From contig KZ539049.1 in assembly GCA_000934665.2 (NCBI GenBank), positions 1 through 36,230 of the forward strand: a stretch of 36,230 bases of DNA, written 5' to 3'. Shown in pieces: positions 10,581-24,439 of the stretch. A program made the translations under genes and the position numbers. The notes beneath the pieces are model-generated. The model ran no database searches and was not told the DNA's origin. It saw only the letters and a list, made by a program, of their open reading frames with translations. Each line of letters opens with the position of its first letter. Positions within the stretch are counted from its first letter, which is position 1. The DNA is from Catajapyx aquilonaris. Lineage: Eukaryota.

Positions 10581-13344
10581 TGAATATAAGTAATCGCAAA
10601 GCGTAATTAATTAGAGTTGACACACCCGGCTCTAAATGGTTGCAGGTGCAAGTGGCCCCCTACAAACCTGTAACTCACGCATGTTGTCCAAACCAGCGGT
10701 CCCAAACCACAAGACGGATCACGCAGTACTGGCCGGCCCAAAGGTGCATCAGGAGAGGAGGAGTCTGATGCAGCTGGGAAGGATGAGGAGAGAGGACAAG
10801 TCTCTTTTTCCCCTTGACAGGACCCTGTCTCCTCGTCTGCCCATCGAGTAGTCCATTAATTGTGCCGTCGATTGTGCCTCATCCCCCCCCCCCTTCCACC
10901 AATCGAGGCATCTAAATGACGGGCCATTTCCCAGCAATCATAAGCCGTAATGATAGGGTAGTGATTTGGGCCGAGCTCAAGTGAGGAGAGCCAACCGACC
11001 CCGCCTCCTTTGTCTGTCTGCCAGAGTGTGTGGTCTCACCCACCCAACCACCCTCTCACAGGTGGGCCTACACACATAACCTTAATCACTGGAGGGGGGG
11101 AAGGAACGGTAACCAATGAGGAGACCCCCGGAAGCTGCTTCATACAATGATGGCCGGCACCGGAAACCAACGGCTCTTCTTCTTCTTTTTTTTCTTGATA
11201 ATATTTTTACAACCCTGGAGACTAATCAGAGGGGGCCATATACAACAAACTAGACTCTTGTTTTCGAAATTGGGAAAATGAGGTGCAGGTTTTTATGGCC
11301 TGTCGCTGATATCTGGAGGAATCCAAGGGAATTCCCCAGCATGTCGCCTCGAGCCAACAAGCTTTACCAGGTTGTTTGAAATGTCGAGGCGAAGTTGATT
11401 ATACCGAACGGAACAAAAGTCAGCTCAGATCCGTATCTGTAAGCTAACATCAACTTTAATTAAACCAATACATGATGTAATACTTTTCTAGAGTGTGTAC
11501 TTTGTGCAATGCCCCCCGCCCTCTCTGTAGGCATCCAGCAGACATCTGGTGCAAGTATAGTAGTAATTGGAGCGTCATAAACGGATCTTGGCGTTTGGCT
11601 GTTTCTGAGTGTCGACAGACATGAATATTCACTAGCTCTAAGCAGTTTCCCCGAAACTTGAAACTCTGCTGAACTCCTGCGAGTTCAGGTGAGCGGACAC
11701 ACAGCCGGGTTATTAATAAGAGGAGAGAAGCGCCCATTATCAAACCAAATGATGAATCCCATTTAATAACCAGGCAATAATATATCTCTGGGAACGAAGA
11801 CACCTTTTTTCTATTGGCAGCCTAAAGGCGATATTTTTTTTTATATCCTCCACAATCTGTTACAATCTGGGAGGAGGAGTGATCTTGAAACTTTTCGGGC
11901 TGGTAAACCGATAATGGATAATTTATAAACAGAGAGTGCAGCTAGGTAGGTGGTTATTGAATATTCATCAGTGTAACTTTGTGCCGCTGTCGGTTTTTAT
12001 TTTCTAACTGACTCTCGGTGGTGAAGCAGCAGCAGCCCCAGAGCGTGCGTGATGGCTCAGAACGGATTTATAATGAGCAAGAGCCCCGTGTATTTACACT
12101 CGCTTTACCTGAACCAACTTATTACCCGCCATAATTAACTGGGGGTTTGGAGGCCCAAGGTATAAAAAAAACCAGGTGTGAACAACAGCCGACACCCCAT
12201 TTCAACCTTGTAAATAACTCGTTAGGAATTTTGTGACTAACATGTTTCCAGCAATAGAGTCAAATGGTTAGCACACTATACCCGACATCGTGTTGTTTTT
12301 GTCGTGTAATGAACCCCGTGCACGCGTTTCATTTTTACGATACACGTGGCCTTTTGTGGCCATGTGTACGTGATATCCTCTCTTCCACGCCTTTTGTCAG
12401 AAACATTAAATCTTCATTATTGTAACCAGCCGTTTTGCACCCCCAGAGCGACACATTCTGACAGCAAAGGCCTGTCACCTCCGCCTCCCTAAAAAAAACG
12501 TTCGTATCGAATCTGTAAGTGGCCCCAGGTGGTAATGACCCCTCCAAAAAGTGCTGCTGTCCAAGGAATAATCTTCTTCTCCAGCTCCTTCCAGTAGAAA
12601 AGAGGCCAGCGTGTCCAAAGCAGCATGCGATCCAGCCTGCCATATGCCATTTCCTCCCCATATAAAAATTTCCTATCAGGTCACCTCACTTTTTGTCCAC
12701 ATTTTGAGTCGACTCAGCGTCCTGAGGCATAGAAAAACCGCGCTCCCTTTTGTTGGAAAGACCTCCGCACTCATCTGAAATTGAGAAGATGTGTGCTGTG
12801 TGAACCGAATTCTCTTTTCATCCTGATTCCTAGGTAACCCTCATGGCAAGGCAGCCGGACTTTGTGGGCCGTATCCTTTCATTCAAGAAAATGGCGGCCC
12901 TCTTCCTTCGAAATGAGAGTAGAGATATCTAGAGCGAGGTCTTTGTGAGAAATTCATGCAGAGACTGGAAACCGTTTGTCCAAAGCCTCCGCTGCATTTT
13001 GTGGGCAGAGAGATATATAAAAAAAACCGCGAAGGAAGGGAAAAAAAAGAAAAGTGGTGAGAGACGATGACTGGGGCCTATCTCCTCCGGTTTCTCTCTG
13101 CTTTATGCGAGTAAGGCTTGGTGCATTAGCCTGATGAGTCTTTTTCCTCGGAAAAAGTGCATACTACTTCTCTGGCCTGCTGCGAGGGGAGGGAGAGGAT
13201 CTATCTGTTTGCCTTACTTCCCAATCCTGGAGGGGTCTTTTTGCTAATTCCTGCTGCTTTTGCCTGCGGGGTAGAGCAAACTAACTGCTGGGGATTGGTT
13301 ATCATGGTCAACTTTGGCTGGTTGGGTGGGAGGAGGAACTAAGT

Positions 13345-13360
13345 TGTGTGTGTGTGTGTG
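13345..13360. repeat. (TG)8 microsatellite
   Basis: Direct reading. Confidence 0.9.
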
Positions 13361-16300
13361 TTCTGCTTCAGACAACTTTCCGGACGGCTGCGAGCCATGT
13401 TGGGAAACTGTATCTAGATTTCTGTACAGGACTGTGGCCTACAGATATTCACCGACAAAGCAAGAGCTCTCTCAGATGTTAAGAGGGAGAAATTTTGCTG
13501 CAAGTATTACGTATCGAATCAGCCATCAGACTCCTGAGGCAATTAGGGCAATTTTCCTCGATGTATTCTGCCGCACTTTGTAGAAAAAGATTTGGGTCTA
13601 TACAGTGGGCAGTAAAGTCTGGAACTTGTTCGTCCAGTACTGTATTCCAGTGGAGCTGGCAAAAAAAAACAAAAAACGATTGGTTCTGCCTAGACACCTC
13701 ATAAATTTGAGCAGAAGTTGTCTCTAATAATATTATATGAAAAAAGCGAGCAGTTTTTTCTCTCGATTGGTTGCATCATAAAAATTCGCCAGAGTTTGCA
13801 AACTTTTGACAGAATTGCCTCAAACCATATTTTTATTGCTGGAAGGACACGTCCAGTGCATGATGCAAGCTCGAACCTTTTTTTAATTTAAAAAAAACAG
13901 CAAGTACTATAGGCTTTCACGTTATACTGTATTGGACATCGATGTTGATATAAATGTATTTTAGACCGGATTGTCCCGACATAACAGAAACCACTCTGGT
14001 GCAATAACTTTGATTCGCACTATCTGCTGGCTAATGGCTACTAATCTGTATAGGTTTCCCCCCTCGAAACGGACACATTGCCACACTATCGGATAATCAT
14101 ATTACTCGGCTGTGATTCACACCCACTTTCTCCTGCAAATGAGAGAGTCGTCCAGGGAGATATCCGGTGTCATCCGGACCAAATCCCATCAAGAGCTCCC
14201 TAATAACCGCTCCGAATCTGCCTTTTTCTTTTTCTTTCCCAAGCCCTGCCACAAACGCTCCCAGAGGAAACAGACGCCACTCTTTTTTTCCCCCCCTTCC
14301 TACTTCTCCAATCTTGGCAGCAAATGGTTCTGATTGGCTCCAGACATGACGTGGCTGTTTGCATTTTATGGCCCGCTTATAAATGCATTTAGATTTATGA
14401 TTTGGGAGGGAGAAACGAGGCCTGGCCTCATGATCGCGAGGTTAGTCATGCGGCAATATTGCGGGGTCAGTTAGTGTGAGTCATTGAAATCGGAAACCGG
14501 GACATTCTCCTACTAGTTGATAACAATGCCTGGTCGGCGGCTGGGGAGGCATTCGGAAAAATTGGGCCTCGTTCAGGCCTCTCCAAATGGAAATGGTAAG
14601 GATGCTGCTGCCTTCCTTCTGAGCTTTTCCAGAGAGGGGAGAAGAAGAAAAAAAAGAAGAGAAGATATGTGGAAAGGCAGCTGTGGGAATCCCCCAGTGA
14701 TTTTGATCGGAAAGCTAATCAGGGACTATCTTGTGTGGTCAGCACTTGGTCCAGGGGATTATTAGTCTAGGGGCCTTGCCTTTGAAGCGCCTGCGGTCCG
14801 GCACAAAAGGGACATTAGTTCCGTGAGAGATAGGTCCTTCCTTTTCTCTCTCTCTGCTATACAGAAGACTCTGCTGAGAACCTCTCTCTTTTGCTCTGGA
14901 GGATTCCGGTGTCAATCCTGACTTTGGGAGGGGTTGGGCTTGCAACAGAGATAGACGCGAATAACCTCATTTGCCCCCTCGCTTTCTCCCCAGCTGGCTC
15001 GTCTCGAAGCCGCGATTGCATTAGGAAATAATGATGAACACTGCGCTTGTCGGCTTCCGGGGAGGAGGAGGAAGGCACAAGAAGGCCTTCTTTTGCTACA
15101 GACTCTCCGGATATATTTCTGCTCAGAATCGATGCAATTACAAACCTTCCCTTCATTTGGCTCCGATTCTCATTTGTCTAGAAAACCGGCTATCTTGTTA
15201 TGCGAAGTGTCTCTGGCTCTCAGTATATTCAGTGTAAATGATCAACCTGGGTGGAGTTGAACAATGCAGCTGTTCAACACTTAGCATGTAAGATTGAAAA
15301 TGATGTATATACCTCGATTCTCATCCGATATATCAAGCATTTGATAGATCGTTACTACGAAAAACATTCGGCGAAAATTTTAAATAATGCAAAAAGCAAA
15401 GGTTGTTGATGTCGTGTTTCTGTTTTGGTCGCAGCAATGCTTCGTGACTTATGTGAAGGCTTTTTAAAAACCTTATTAATAAGGAAATTAGATATGCAGA
15501 AGGGATCAAATGACATTTCCGTCAATATTAACCCCATTATTTTTGTCTGATCAATTTATGTAGACGCACCATTTTCTGCGCACTGTGTAAGTATACAGTA
15601 GACTGTACAGATTCACTCAATTGCACTGTAAACCGAATTGACAGCTTTTTGACAAAATTGCGCCACTGTAATTTTCAATTATTTATCAAAGCTAACTGTG
15701 ACAACCACTTTGATAGTGGTTAACATAATTATTTAATCAATTTTTTGGACATCAAACGGGCCCAGCGACAATCAACGGGCGAATAAGGGCCCCGCACTGA
15801 TTTCAAATTTAAATCAATCGTGTTTATCTCCCCCTGTCAATCTTCCGCACATAATAATAACACTGGATGTTGTATACAGAGTGTTGAAGCCGAACTATTC
15901 TGAAAACAACGCCCTAATTTTGATTATTCTGTCTATAGCCAGTTAGGTGTTATAGTCGAGTGTGTGGGTGTGTGTTCGTGTCAAATTGCAGGCTGGTGTA
16001 TATAGGGAGAGACAAGTCTGGTCCACATCCCGGACGTATCTGCACCGCACCTTGGTAAACTAATTTGCCTTCGCTTCCCACTCAACCTAGTTAGCCATAG
16101 GGATGGGTATAGGGTGCATGGGAGGGGGGTTTTCGGCCATTTCCAGATTGCCTCTCATTTGCATATCTTCCTTCGCCAACTCGGGCCAGCATAAGCAGAG
16201 TTCTCTCCATATATACCCCCAGCTCTAGTTTCAGGGCTTCAACCGACCCCCTTCCTCCCGACTTGTTTCAAATTGCTACATTTTCCCTCATCCCCCCCCC

Positions 16301-16705
16301 TCCTGCTCCCTTCCCTCAATTCCCATTCATACTTTAGTCAGCTCTCTCTGGCAACGCAGCCGGAAAATTCAACCACCCCCGCCCGGACTCTCCACTTGTG
16401 TTGTCACAAAAGCCTGGCTGCTGTCGCCTGACCTGACATGCCAGCTGGAATCGGGGGAGGGCTAGGTCAGGACTAGAGCTGACCTCACATATTCTCACAC
16501 ATGCCAGAATTATGTAGAGGGAGCTTTTTTTCCAGCAGGACAATTTCAGATGAAAAGTTTATAACGTGCCTTGTTCAGTTGACTGGAATATGCTTATGAT
16601 TTTATGCTGCGACTGTTTGCAGCTATTTTTAGACGGGATGATCCAATTGTTTGGATATATGTCATTCAATTTGTTGGCAGCTAATATTTTTGATAACCGC
16701 ACTAA

Positions 16706-16830
16706 ACCTGATTGCACCAACGAAATTACCGATTCGATAGCTCCTAACCGATCGTTAGCACACGTTAAAAGGGTGTCCTAACGATTTGTTAGGAACTATC
16801 GAATCGGTAATTTCGTTGGTGCAATCGGGC
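16706..16830. mobile_element. 125-bp palindromic MITE, PIF/Harbinger-like
   Basis: The arms are ACCTGATTGCACCAACGAAATTACCGATTCGATAGCTCCTAACCGATCGTTAGCACAC and GTGTCCTAACGATTTGTTAGGAACTATCGAATCGGTAATTTCGTTGGTGCAATCGGGC, with few mismatches and a ~9-nt loop. TAA lies on the left and (A)TAA on the right. Confidence 0.85.
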
Positions 16831-17967
16831 ATAACAGTAGTCCCTTTAAAATGCAGCTTGGGCGGTCCGAAAATTGGCACCCAAATTTTAGGCTTTCCAT
16901 TATAAGGCGAACAATCATATAGTGCTGCGCAAAGTTAATCGAGCATATCTAGATTTACTCGAATAACAATAGGAAAACAAACAATTATTTTAGCATAAAT
17001 GTGCAACTGCAGCAATTTTGTAATTATTCATGTGTAAATCATGTCTGTTGAAGTATACATGCTGCTGCTGTTTGATCTAGTTTATTAAATTTTTTAAAGA
17101 ATTATTCAGTGGGCCCATAATTTCATTTAGAGCTCGTAGTTACCCATCCCAATTAAAGTATGTACTGAAATTACGACTAAAATTGCGCTTCAATCTGCCA
17201 GAGCAGGGTTGTTAGCAATTCTATATACAGAGCTTCCATTTTACAGTTGAAGTAAATTTTGCCAAAACTCATCTACACTTCATCAATAAAGCCAATGTAT
17301 GGCAATTAACAGCGTGTTGCCTACTCTGTTAAAATTAAAATTCGGTGGAATATCGATATGGGGGCCTGGGTTTTAAATTATTCAGTTCATCAACATATCC
17401 GGTGTGGAGGTTTTAAAATACCAATCAGGGAACCGAATTATTTAAATGGGTTATGCATGGGGGGGGTGGGGGGGGGGGACGTCAAAACCTTATTACAATT
17501 TTTCATTACATTCTCCCGAATAATATCCCACCGAATAATGTTATCAGCAGGTGATGCGGTTCAAATAAGGGTGATAACAGCATTATTGTGGACATCGCCG
17601 TTATAGTTCGCAACAGACTGTGGCAACATCGATTCTGCAGATAGGTTGACTTTATTATATGAGACCAACTTGTACCACCTTGTGTGTCATTTGGCAGCGA
17701 TTTTTTTGGCAGTTTGGACGCATCATCTTTCTGAATCCAGCTTCTCTCTCTCTGGAGTCAAACCAGTGCAATAATTATCTGTAGGCGGTCTGAGCCCAGC
17801 AGCGTACAGCACACACTTTGCAAGCGACGCCCTTCTGAATGGCTGGCTTAGAATATGATATTCCGGGGATGACTCCGGTTGTTAACTAAGCGGCCGTATC
17901 TGATGAGCACAACTAAATGGGAGCAGGCCCAGACTTCTAAACCCCTGCATAAAGTGTCTCCCCACTT

Positions 17968-18004
17968 ACACACACACACCTTCCTCTTCTTCTTCTTCTT
18001 CTTC
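17968..18004. repeat. Compound (AC)6 + (CTT)6 microsatellite
   Basis: Direct reading. It explains the poly-F and poly-K stretches in overlapping ORFs. Confidence 0.9.
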
Positions 18005-21000
18005 CCCTCCCAACCATCAGCAGACTCATTAATATTCATGCGTGGAAATCCGCGACTCAAACTTCTCCTCATCCGATAGTCTTCCTCCACTTTTCTTTGG
18101 CCAACCAAGAGAATTCTGCCTGGAATGAAACGCATGTAAGGCTGAAAACCGCGCTTCATTACAAAGTCATTAGTGAGTCGTTTGATGCGAAATAGTTTGA
18201 GGGAAGACTTTGAGACGCCACAGGTGCGACGAAGGCGTCTGAATTTCAATCAAGCTGCTGGGGGGTGTGGGGTGGGGATGTCTTCAGGGCTCATTAATAT
18301 CCAGACCCATTCGTCGTTAGGTTGAGTTTGACGACTAGGTCATGCAGCTGCTCAAAGTTTGGGGACAAGTCGCTCGAGCTGCAGGTGAGAGGAGGGCTGC
18401 CGGATGCACCGGATTATTACACACCGGGAGCCAACCGCCGCCCTGGATTTTCCTCTTTCCTTCCTTTCCCAATCCTCACTCTCTCTCTTCCTTTTCTTCT
18501 TTTTTTTATATCCGGGAGCTCGCTCGTTAGTATTCTTGGTCGGTGGAAACCCAGCCAGAAATTGGATGTCGAATTGTGGGAGACAGAGTTTTCCGGCTAA
18601 CGAATTTACTTAAAAATCTGGGGTGGTGGTGGTGGAGGAGTTTTGAGGGAGAGTTTGGCAGTAGTGCTGATGAGACTGTCATCATGAAGTAAAAAAAAAA
18701 GAGAGAAGGAAAAACTGCTGGAAATAATACCTTTGTTTCCTGTCTTACATTTTTGCTGCATTTTCCGCTGTTGAAAGTCATTAATTAAGGAGAGGAGACT
18801 TGGCCTGCCTCTGGAGGAACATTCTTTTCCAATATGGCTTCTTTTCCATTAGTCTGACATCCTGTTGGGATTCTCTCAGGTCGACCACAATTTCTAATGA
18901 ATTCTTGTTGTTTTCTTTGTCCCCACTCCTTGTTGCTTGCATGCATGGTAATCATCCTATGGATTACACAAAGGTAGTGCACCGGCAAAGTCTCTTGCTC
19001 AAAAGAGGAACGAAAGTTAAAAATATTCTCTTTGAACTCCTGGAAGAAATAATTGGGCCCACATTCATTTATGATACCGGCTTCAGTGTTAGACTGAACA
19101 ATCTATATCCTATTCACATTTGATGCTATAGATACCCAAGTAACTTATGGCAACTTTTTAATGGCTGATTTAAGAGATATTTTCAAAAAAAAATGGGTAC
19201 GAGGCCAGTGGGTCAAGGATGTAATGTAGCTGATGCATTTCGGGCGTGATTTGTTTTGCGATTCGGCGGACTCGGATGATGTACGACTGGAGTCTGCTAG
19301 TTTTCTATAAATTTTTTTGATCTTTTAATCCGCTTCAGAGGGAAACTTACGGACTTTTCCATCAGCTCCAGAGACTTTTGCCACCCATCGAAGCTGCGCA
19401 TCCTATTCATTTGCTTCCAAAACTTCGGGAAAAAGCCTCATGTTTATGGAAGATTTACAGCGCTTAAAATTCTCCATATTTGCTCCGTTCCACGTGTGTC
19501 GTAAAAATTTTAGGGATTGAGGTCTGCTGCAAAATTGCATGGCCGATTCCGCAACCTTGCGGAATATCTCAAGTTGTGCGAAATTTCCAACCGTACTACA
19601 AATTGCACATATTCAGTTCATGTTATGATAATTTTTATTGGGAATATCGCCAGCCAGAACCGTGTAGAAATTGAATAAATGAAATCTCAGAAGGATTATT
19701 ACTTGTGTGCTAATCCTAGAAAACGTCAAAATTAGTCGCCAACTTTTGGACTATCACAATCCTAAGGGCAACATCAAATGTCCAAATCTGGAAAATGGCC
19801 CCCCTATCCCCGATCCCTCTTTAAAAAGAAAAGAAAAACCTTTCGAACCGAATCTCAGAAAGGTTTTTTCCCCCCCTCCCACTGAAAATCTAATTTCCTT
19901 CTCCCCTTTTCCAGAAGCAGCAGCATCACAGCGAGGAGCAAAGTTGTCCAAAGTAGCAGAAAAGAAGGATGACCTCCGCGGGTGTCGCTGGAAAGGTAAG
20001 CAATTCGTCTCCTAGAGTTAGTCTTGGAAGGACTGCTGGAGAAGAAGAAGAAGCTCCATTCTTCTTTTTTTGTTTCCAGTGGGTTTGAAACCCCTCTTTC
20101 GAGCCGCATTTCGCACTGAAGAATTCCAAGTTATTTTTGCGGGGGACGAGTGGATAGGTTTGGGTGGAGGGGGCCGGGGGAGAGATGCCGGAAAACTTTT
20201 TGGGGGGGCCCCAAGATCCAATTTCCTGGCGACGTGGGAAAAGTCTGAGCTGGAGGAAAACCCCTTTTGTTCCCAGGCTTTTAGTCGCCTCCCCGTCGGA
20301 GGGAAATGCTCCAGTTTCACACTAACAAGATGCAGTATGATGGAGTCAAACGGTCCAAATCGTGTCCCCCGGATAATCATAATGGCCCGGATTGCTTTAC
20401 GGCCTTTCCCTCTGCAATCTGCACCTGATTACAAAAGACTTTTTTTTTCTCTTTTTTACACTTCTTCTTTTTGCTGTCGTAAAAAATATTTCTCTCAACT
20501 CCCAGATAGCTGCCCGTTTCTTTGTCAAATGTGTCTAACTTTCGTGACAATAAATTTACTAGAAAGCACCGTTTTTCCGGGCGCAAAAATTTTCCGGATG
20601 AGGGCCCGACCGCGCACAAAATATCATTGCGTTTGGACCATTAAACGTGAGTATAATGGGTGTGTGTAAAAAAGCGACGGCCTGATTGGTACAAGACAGC
20701 TGTCAATTTCGGGTATAGGGTGCCCCTAAATTGCTTTATCCGGCAGTAAATCGCCCGGATATTGAATTACCGTAATTATACTGGATTATTTTATGGAGAT
20801 TTTAATGCGGTCTGTTGGATGATGGATAAAAAAAACGAGAGAGAGAGAGGAAGCCATGGCAGCCAGCAGCAGCAGGCAGATGGTTTGTTGGCCTGGCTGA
20901 CACGGCAGCTTGGATTTCTGGACATAATTGGCTCGTTAACAGTTAAACCCTGGCCCTGTAACTATTGAGTAATGAGCTGCACTCAGCTGCTGTATGACTT

Positions 21001-24000
21001 TGTAGGCTTTGTTCATCACGCCCACCTGCTATTTCCTGGCTAGATTTGTGTACACTTTGCACAATAACCACGTTGTAAAAGTCAAAACGCTCGCGCGCTA
21101 GTATCAATTTTGGCTGCATCAAATCATAAACGGGCTAATGAGTTGTAACTCGCCTGTAAGTATTGTAGCCGCGATTTTGGAGGAATCACTGCTGATGCTG
21201 CTGTAGGCTAACGACCCCTGCAGCCTCTATAATGTCATGACACAACTGCAGCAGGGAGACAAAAAAAACGGTTCACTTTTAACTCTGAAAAAAGCAGAAT
21301 AATTGTCCGTAATTAGCGTAATGAGACAATATTTAGACTCCATTGTGTGTTTATTTGAAACGCTGCGTATATGACCTGTGTACTTCACAGCACAGCCCGC
21401 AGTGCGTAACTCGATTACAGTAACAGCCAAGGGCAGCCAGGAAAAAATTTCCCCCATTTCTTTTCCAGCGTTTCATGCTATACCATACACAGCAGTACAG
21501 GTAGTAACAATATTTTTCATCTCTTGGAGTAACCTCTCCGCCTTGTATCCTTACAACCTCAATTTTTCATGAACTTATTCGCCCAACTACATAATCCGGA
21601 GTGAACCGTCCCCCGGAATAAAATATGCTCCGATTTCCCCGGGAACCGTAATACACAATAATCATTCAGCTTTATGTAACCTCTCCTGCTGCTGCTGCGG
21701 TCCTCTCGGAATATTCCAAGGCCCTTCTCATCCCTTTCATAGCAATTTCGAAGCAGGGGAATAGTTGCTATGCAATCTGTAGAACAGCTTCCTTCGGTCC
21801 GGGGTCTGCTGCATAACACACCCAGAGTCGTAACCCTAGTTCCATCTCGCTTCGTTCTCTACTTATTGCGGTTCGCTTCAGATGTCAAACTGTTATTAGC
21901 AAAAGCAGACTTGCATGCTGCCTGACAAACTTCCTTTTTTTTCCGGATCAGACAGATTTTATGAGTCTCCCGGTATTGCAGTTCCCTTAATCGACTTGGC
22001 CAATTGCATAATCCAAAAGCAAGGGGTGGGCCACTGCTGGATCATAAATCATGCAAAATAAGTCTCGGCCCTTTCATTCACATCTAGTGCAGCCGACGAA
22101 ATTCGCACACACACATATGCATGCATGCGGACCAGGGATTAAGACAATGCAATGGGGGGAAAGTGGATCGGACTCATTTGGGGGGGACTGATCCGTCCTA
22201 ATTGCGACACGTGTCAGGCTACATTTTGGCCAACTACACTGTTAAAACCTACCATACTGTTGCTTGAAATACGACTCTGAACAGTTCAATAATGTATATA
22301 GGTTATATCAAGACTCCTGAAATTTATAAGGGTCAATTTAACGGTAGTTTGAACTCTTTTAGTAAAATATTTTCCCGAGCAAAAAAAAAAAATGATGAAA
22401 AGTTAATGCTTGATGGATTTTGCCTGGTAGGCAGTGCTTGCGTGCAGGGCTTGATTTGTTGGCGAATTACGTCGCACTTTTGCGGTACACTGATCCTGTG
22501 CCTGATGGACTGAACAATCTATTCAATTTGGGGAAAACCGGCAGCTATAGTATTACATAGCTTTCCAAAGTTTCGCTTTTTTTCCCGGAAGGTTAATTAA
22601 CAGAAAATCGTAATGCTTTGCAATTTTTTTTCTCTTCCTTTCTCCCCCTACCCCCTCCCTCCCTCCCCTATCGAGTCCTGGGGGGGGGGGGGACTCACGT
22701 AGCATGTTTCTTAATAAGCTGAAAACTCATTAAAATCTTAGCAGAAGTAGATGTTATAGACCGATTATGAGTCAGCGAAATGAAAGTTTGGAGAGATTCT
22801 TAATAAGGCCCCTAGAAAATATCACCCCAGCGAAACAAAAAAAAAGAGAGTCGAGCCCAATTAAAACCCCGCCAGTGCTGGGCTGGCAGCACAAAAGGTG
22901 ACTTTTGCACTCGGCAATTTTCATTTGAACCACCCCACCTCTCCAACCACCACCCCTCCACCTCTCTCGTCTTTTTGTGTAACTTGCTTCGTTTCCTGGC
23001 TCTCAAGTTTCGCGCCCCCGCCGAAAAGCGTTGAGATAAGACACAAGAACGGTTTCCAGGTCATTTGATCCCGCGGAATAGGAGCGAAGGGCAAATTCGC
23101 ATCCATAAAGCATGAGTATCTTCACAGCCTCCTTTAAAGGCTTCTCTTATATATACGTGCTGGAAACGACACCATTTTGTTTTCCACACCTAGCTGGGCA
23201 AATGGGGCTTTACTAAGGCGGCCATATTGAATGTGTGAGGTCAGCTGATGACGTCACATGTTCCACAAAAAGGCCCGGTTTTAAATTATGCCAGGGAAGA
23301 CATTAGTGAGTGCCAATCGAATATTGTCTTTTTTTCTTCCAAATGCTTAGCGGTCCATTTTTGCCCAGGAGGATTCATATGGCCCGGAAATCCATCCCAG
23401 GGACCAGACCGATGGGAAAATGGAGCCGGAAAACGCACTTGTCATCACAAGAGTTTCAAGCAGCGGGGGGAAACTCTCTCTCTCTCTCTGTGGGCTTTTT
23501 TTCCCCTGTTCAAATCCATTCCTCCGAAAGCGGAACAAATCACTTTTTAAAAATGGGCAGCCCCGTGCTTTTCGGGGATCTATGAAAACATAGCTGGAAT
23601 TATCCTCATGCAAATGTGCGGCCATTTCCATTATTTCAATTGTGACGGTTAATGAGCGAGCACATTTTGCCCGAGCCAGTTTGCACCGAATAGTGATGAA
23701 AACTATCCCCACATTGTTCTGTAGTTTTCAATCGCTTTCAAACAGATTGCGCACGAGTTCTACGCATTCCGCGAGTGTTAATCCGATCCGCACATTTTAG
23801 GGAATTATCTGCACCCAAGTGCTGGTCCCAACGCGCGTAATAATTGCTTTTAATGTTTTTATTAAAGGGGTGGGGTGGAGGGGGGGGGGACGAATCTTCT
23901 AAAATTCGCAAAACCTCCACAGGGATGGGACCCTAGTTTTAATGCCACTTGGTCCCAACTCTCCGTAAATTTTATAGAGGCGCGGACCCGATGTAACCTC

Positions 24001-24352
24001 GCGACATGGGAACACTGTAATACTTTGGTCTTTATTGCATTAAGCCGTGTTGCGGAATTGGTCACAAAAGAGACGATCATTGCCCATTCTGCAGTCTTGA
24101 TTTGGTTTGGAGAAGTAAAAGGCTGGAAGGTGGGGGAGAGAGGAAATGAATGGTTTTCCCTACCCTCCCCCCCCTCCATCCCCACGTGGAAAATGGTGTC
24201 CCTAGAAAAGAGACTGCGAGAGTGGCCGTAATGGAGTCTCCTGGGCAGTTAGATGAGCCCCAACTAAGCTGAGCGCAATCCAATCTTGCATACATTAACT
24301 CCCTTTCTAGCAGGACCTCCCGCTAAGACCCCTCGCAATTATCGTGTCCCCC

Positions 24353-24439
24353 NNNNNNNNNNNNNNNNNNNNNNNNNNNNNNNNNNNNNNNNNNNNNNNN
24401 NNNNNNNNNNNNNNNNNNNNNNNNNNNNNNNNNNNNNNN
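24353..24439. other. Assembly gap (87 N)
   Basis: N run beginning inside a C run. Confidence 1.

Noticed and set aside
19546..19565. 9-bp perfect inverted repeat ATTCCGCAA-cc-TTGCGGAAT as a Helitron 3' hairpin
   Set aside because: No CTRR terminus follows at the expected distance, and an isolated short IR is plausible by chance.
20070..20669. 199-aa ORF (+)
   Set aside because: It has a non-ATG start, no family resemblance and a composition typical of translated non-coding DNA.
22236..22347. TA-CACTGTTAAA...TTTAACGGTAG as another CAC-ended MITE
   Set aside because: The inverted match is too short and degenerate to support without other copies.
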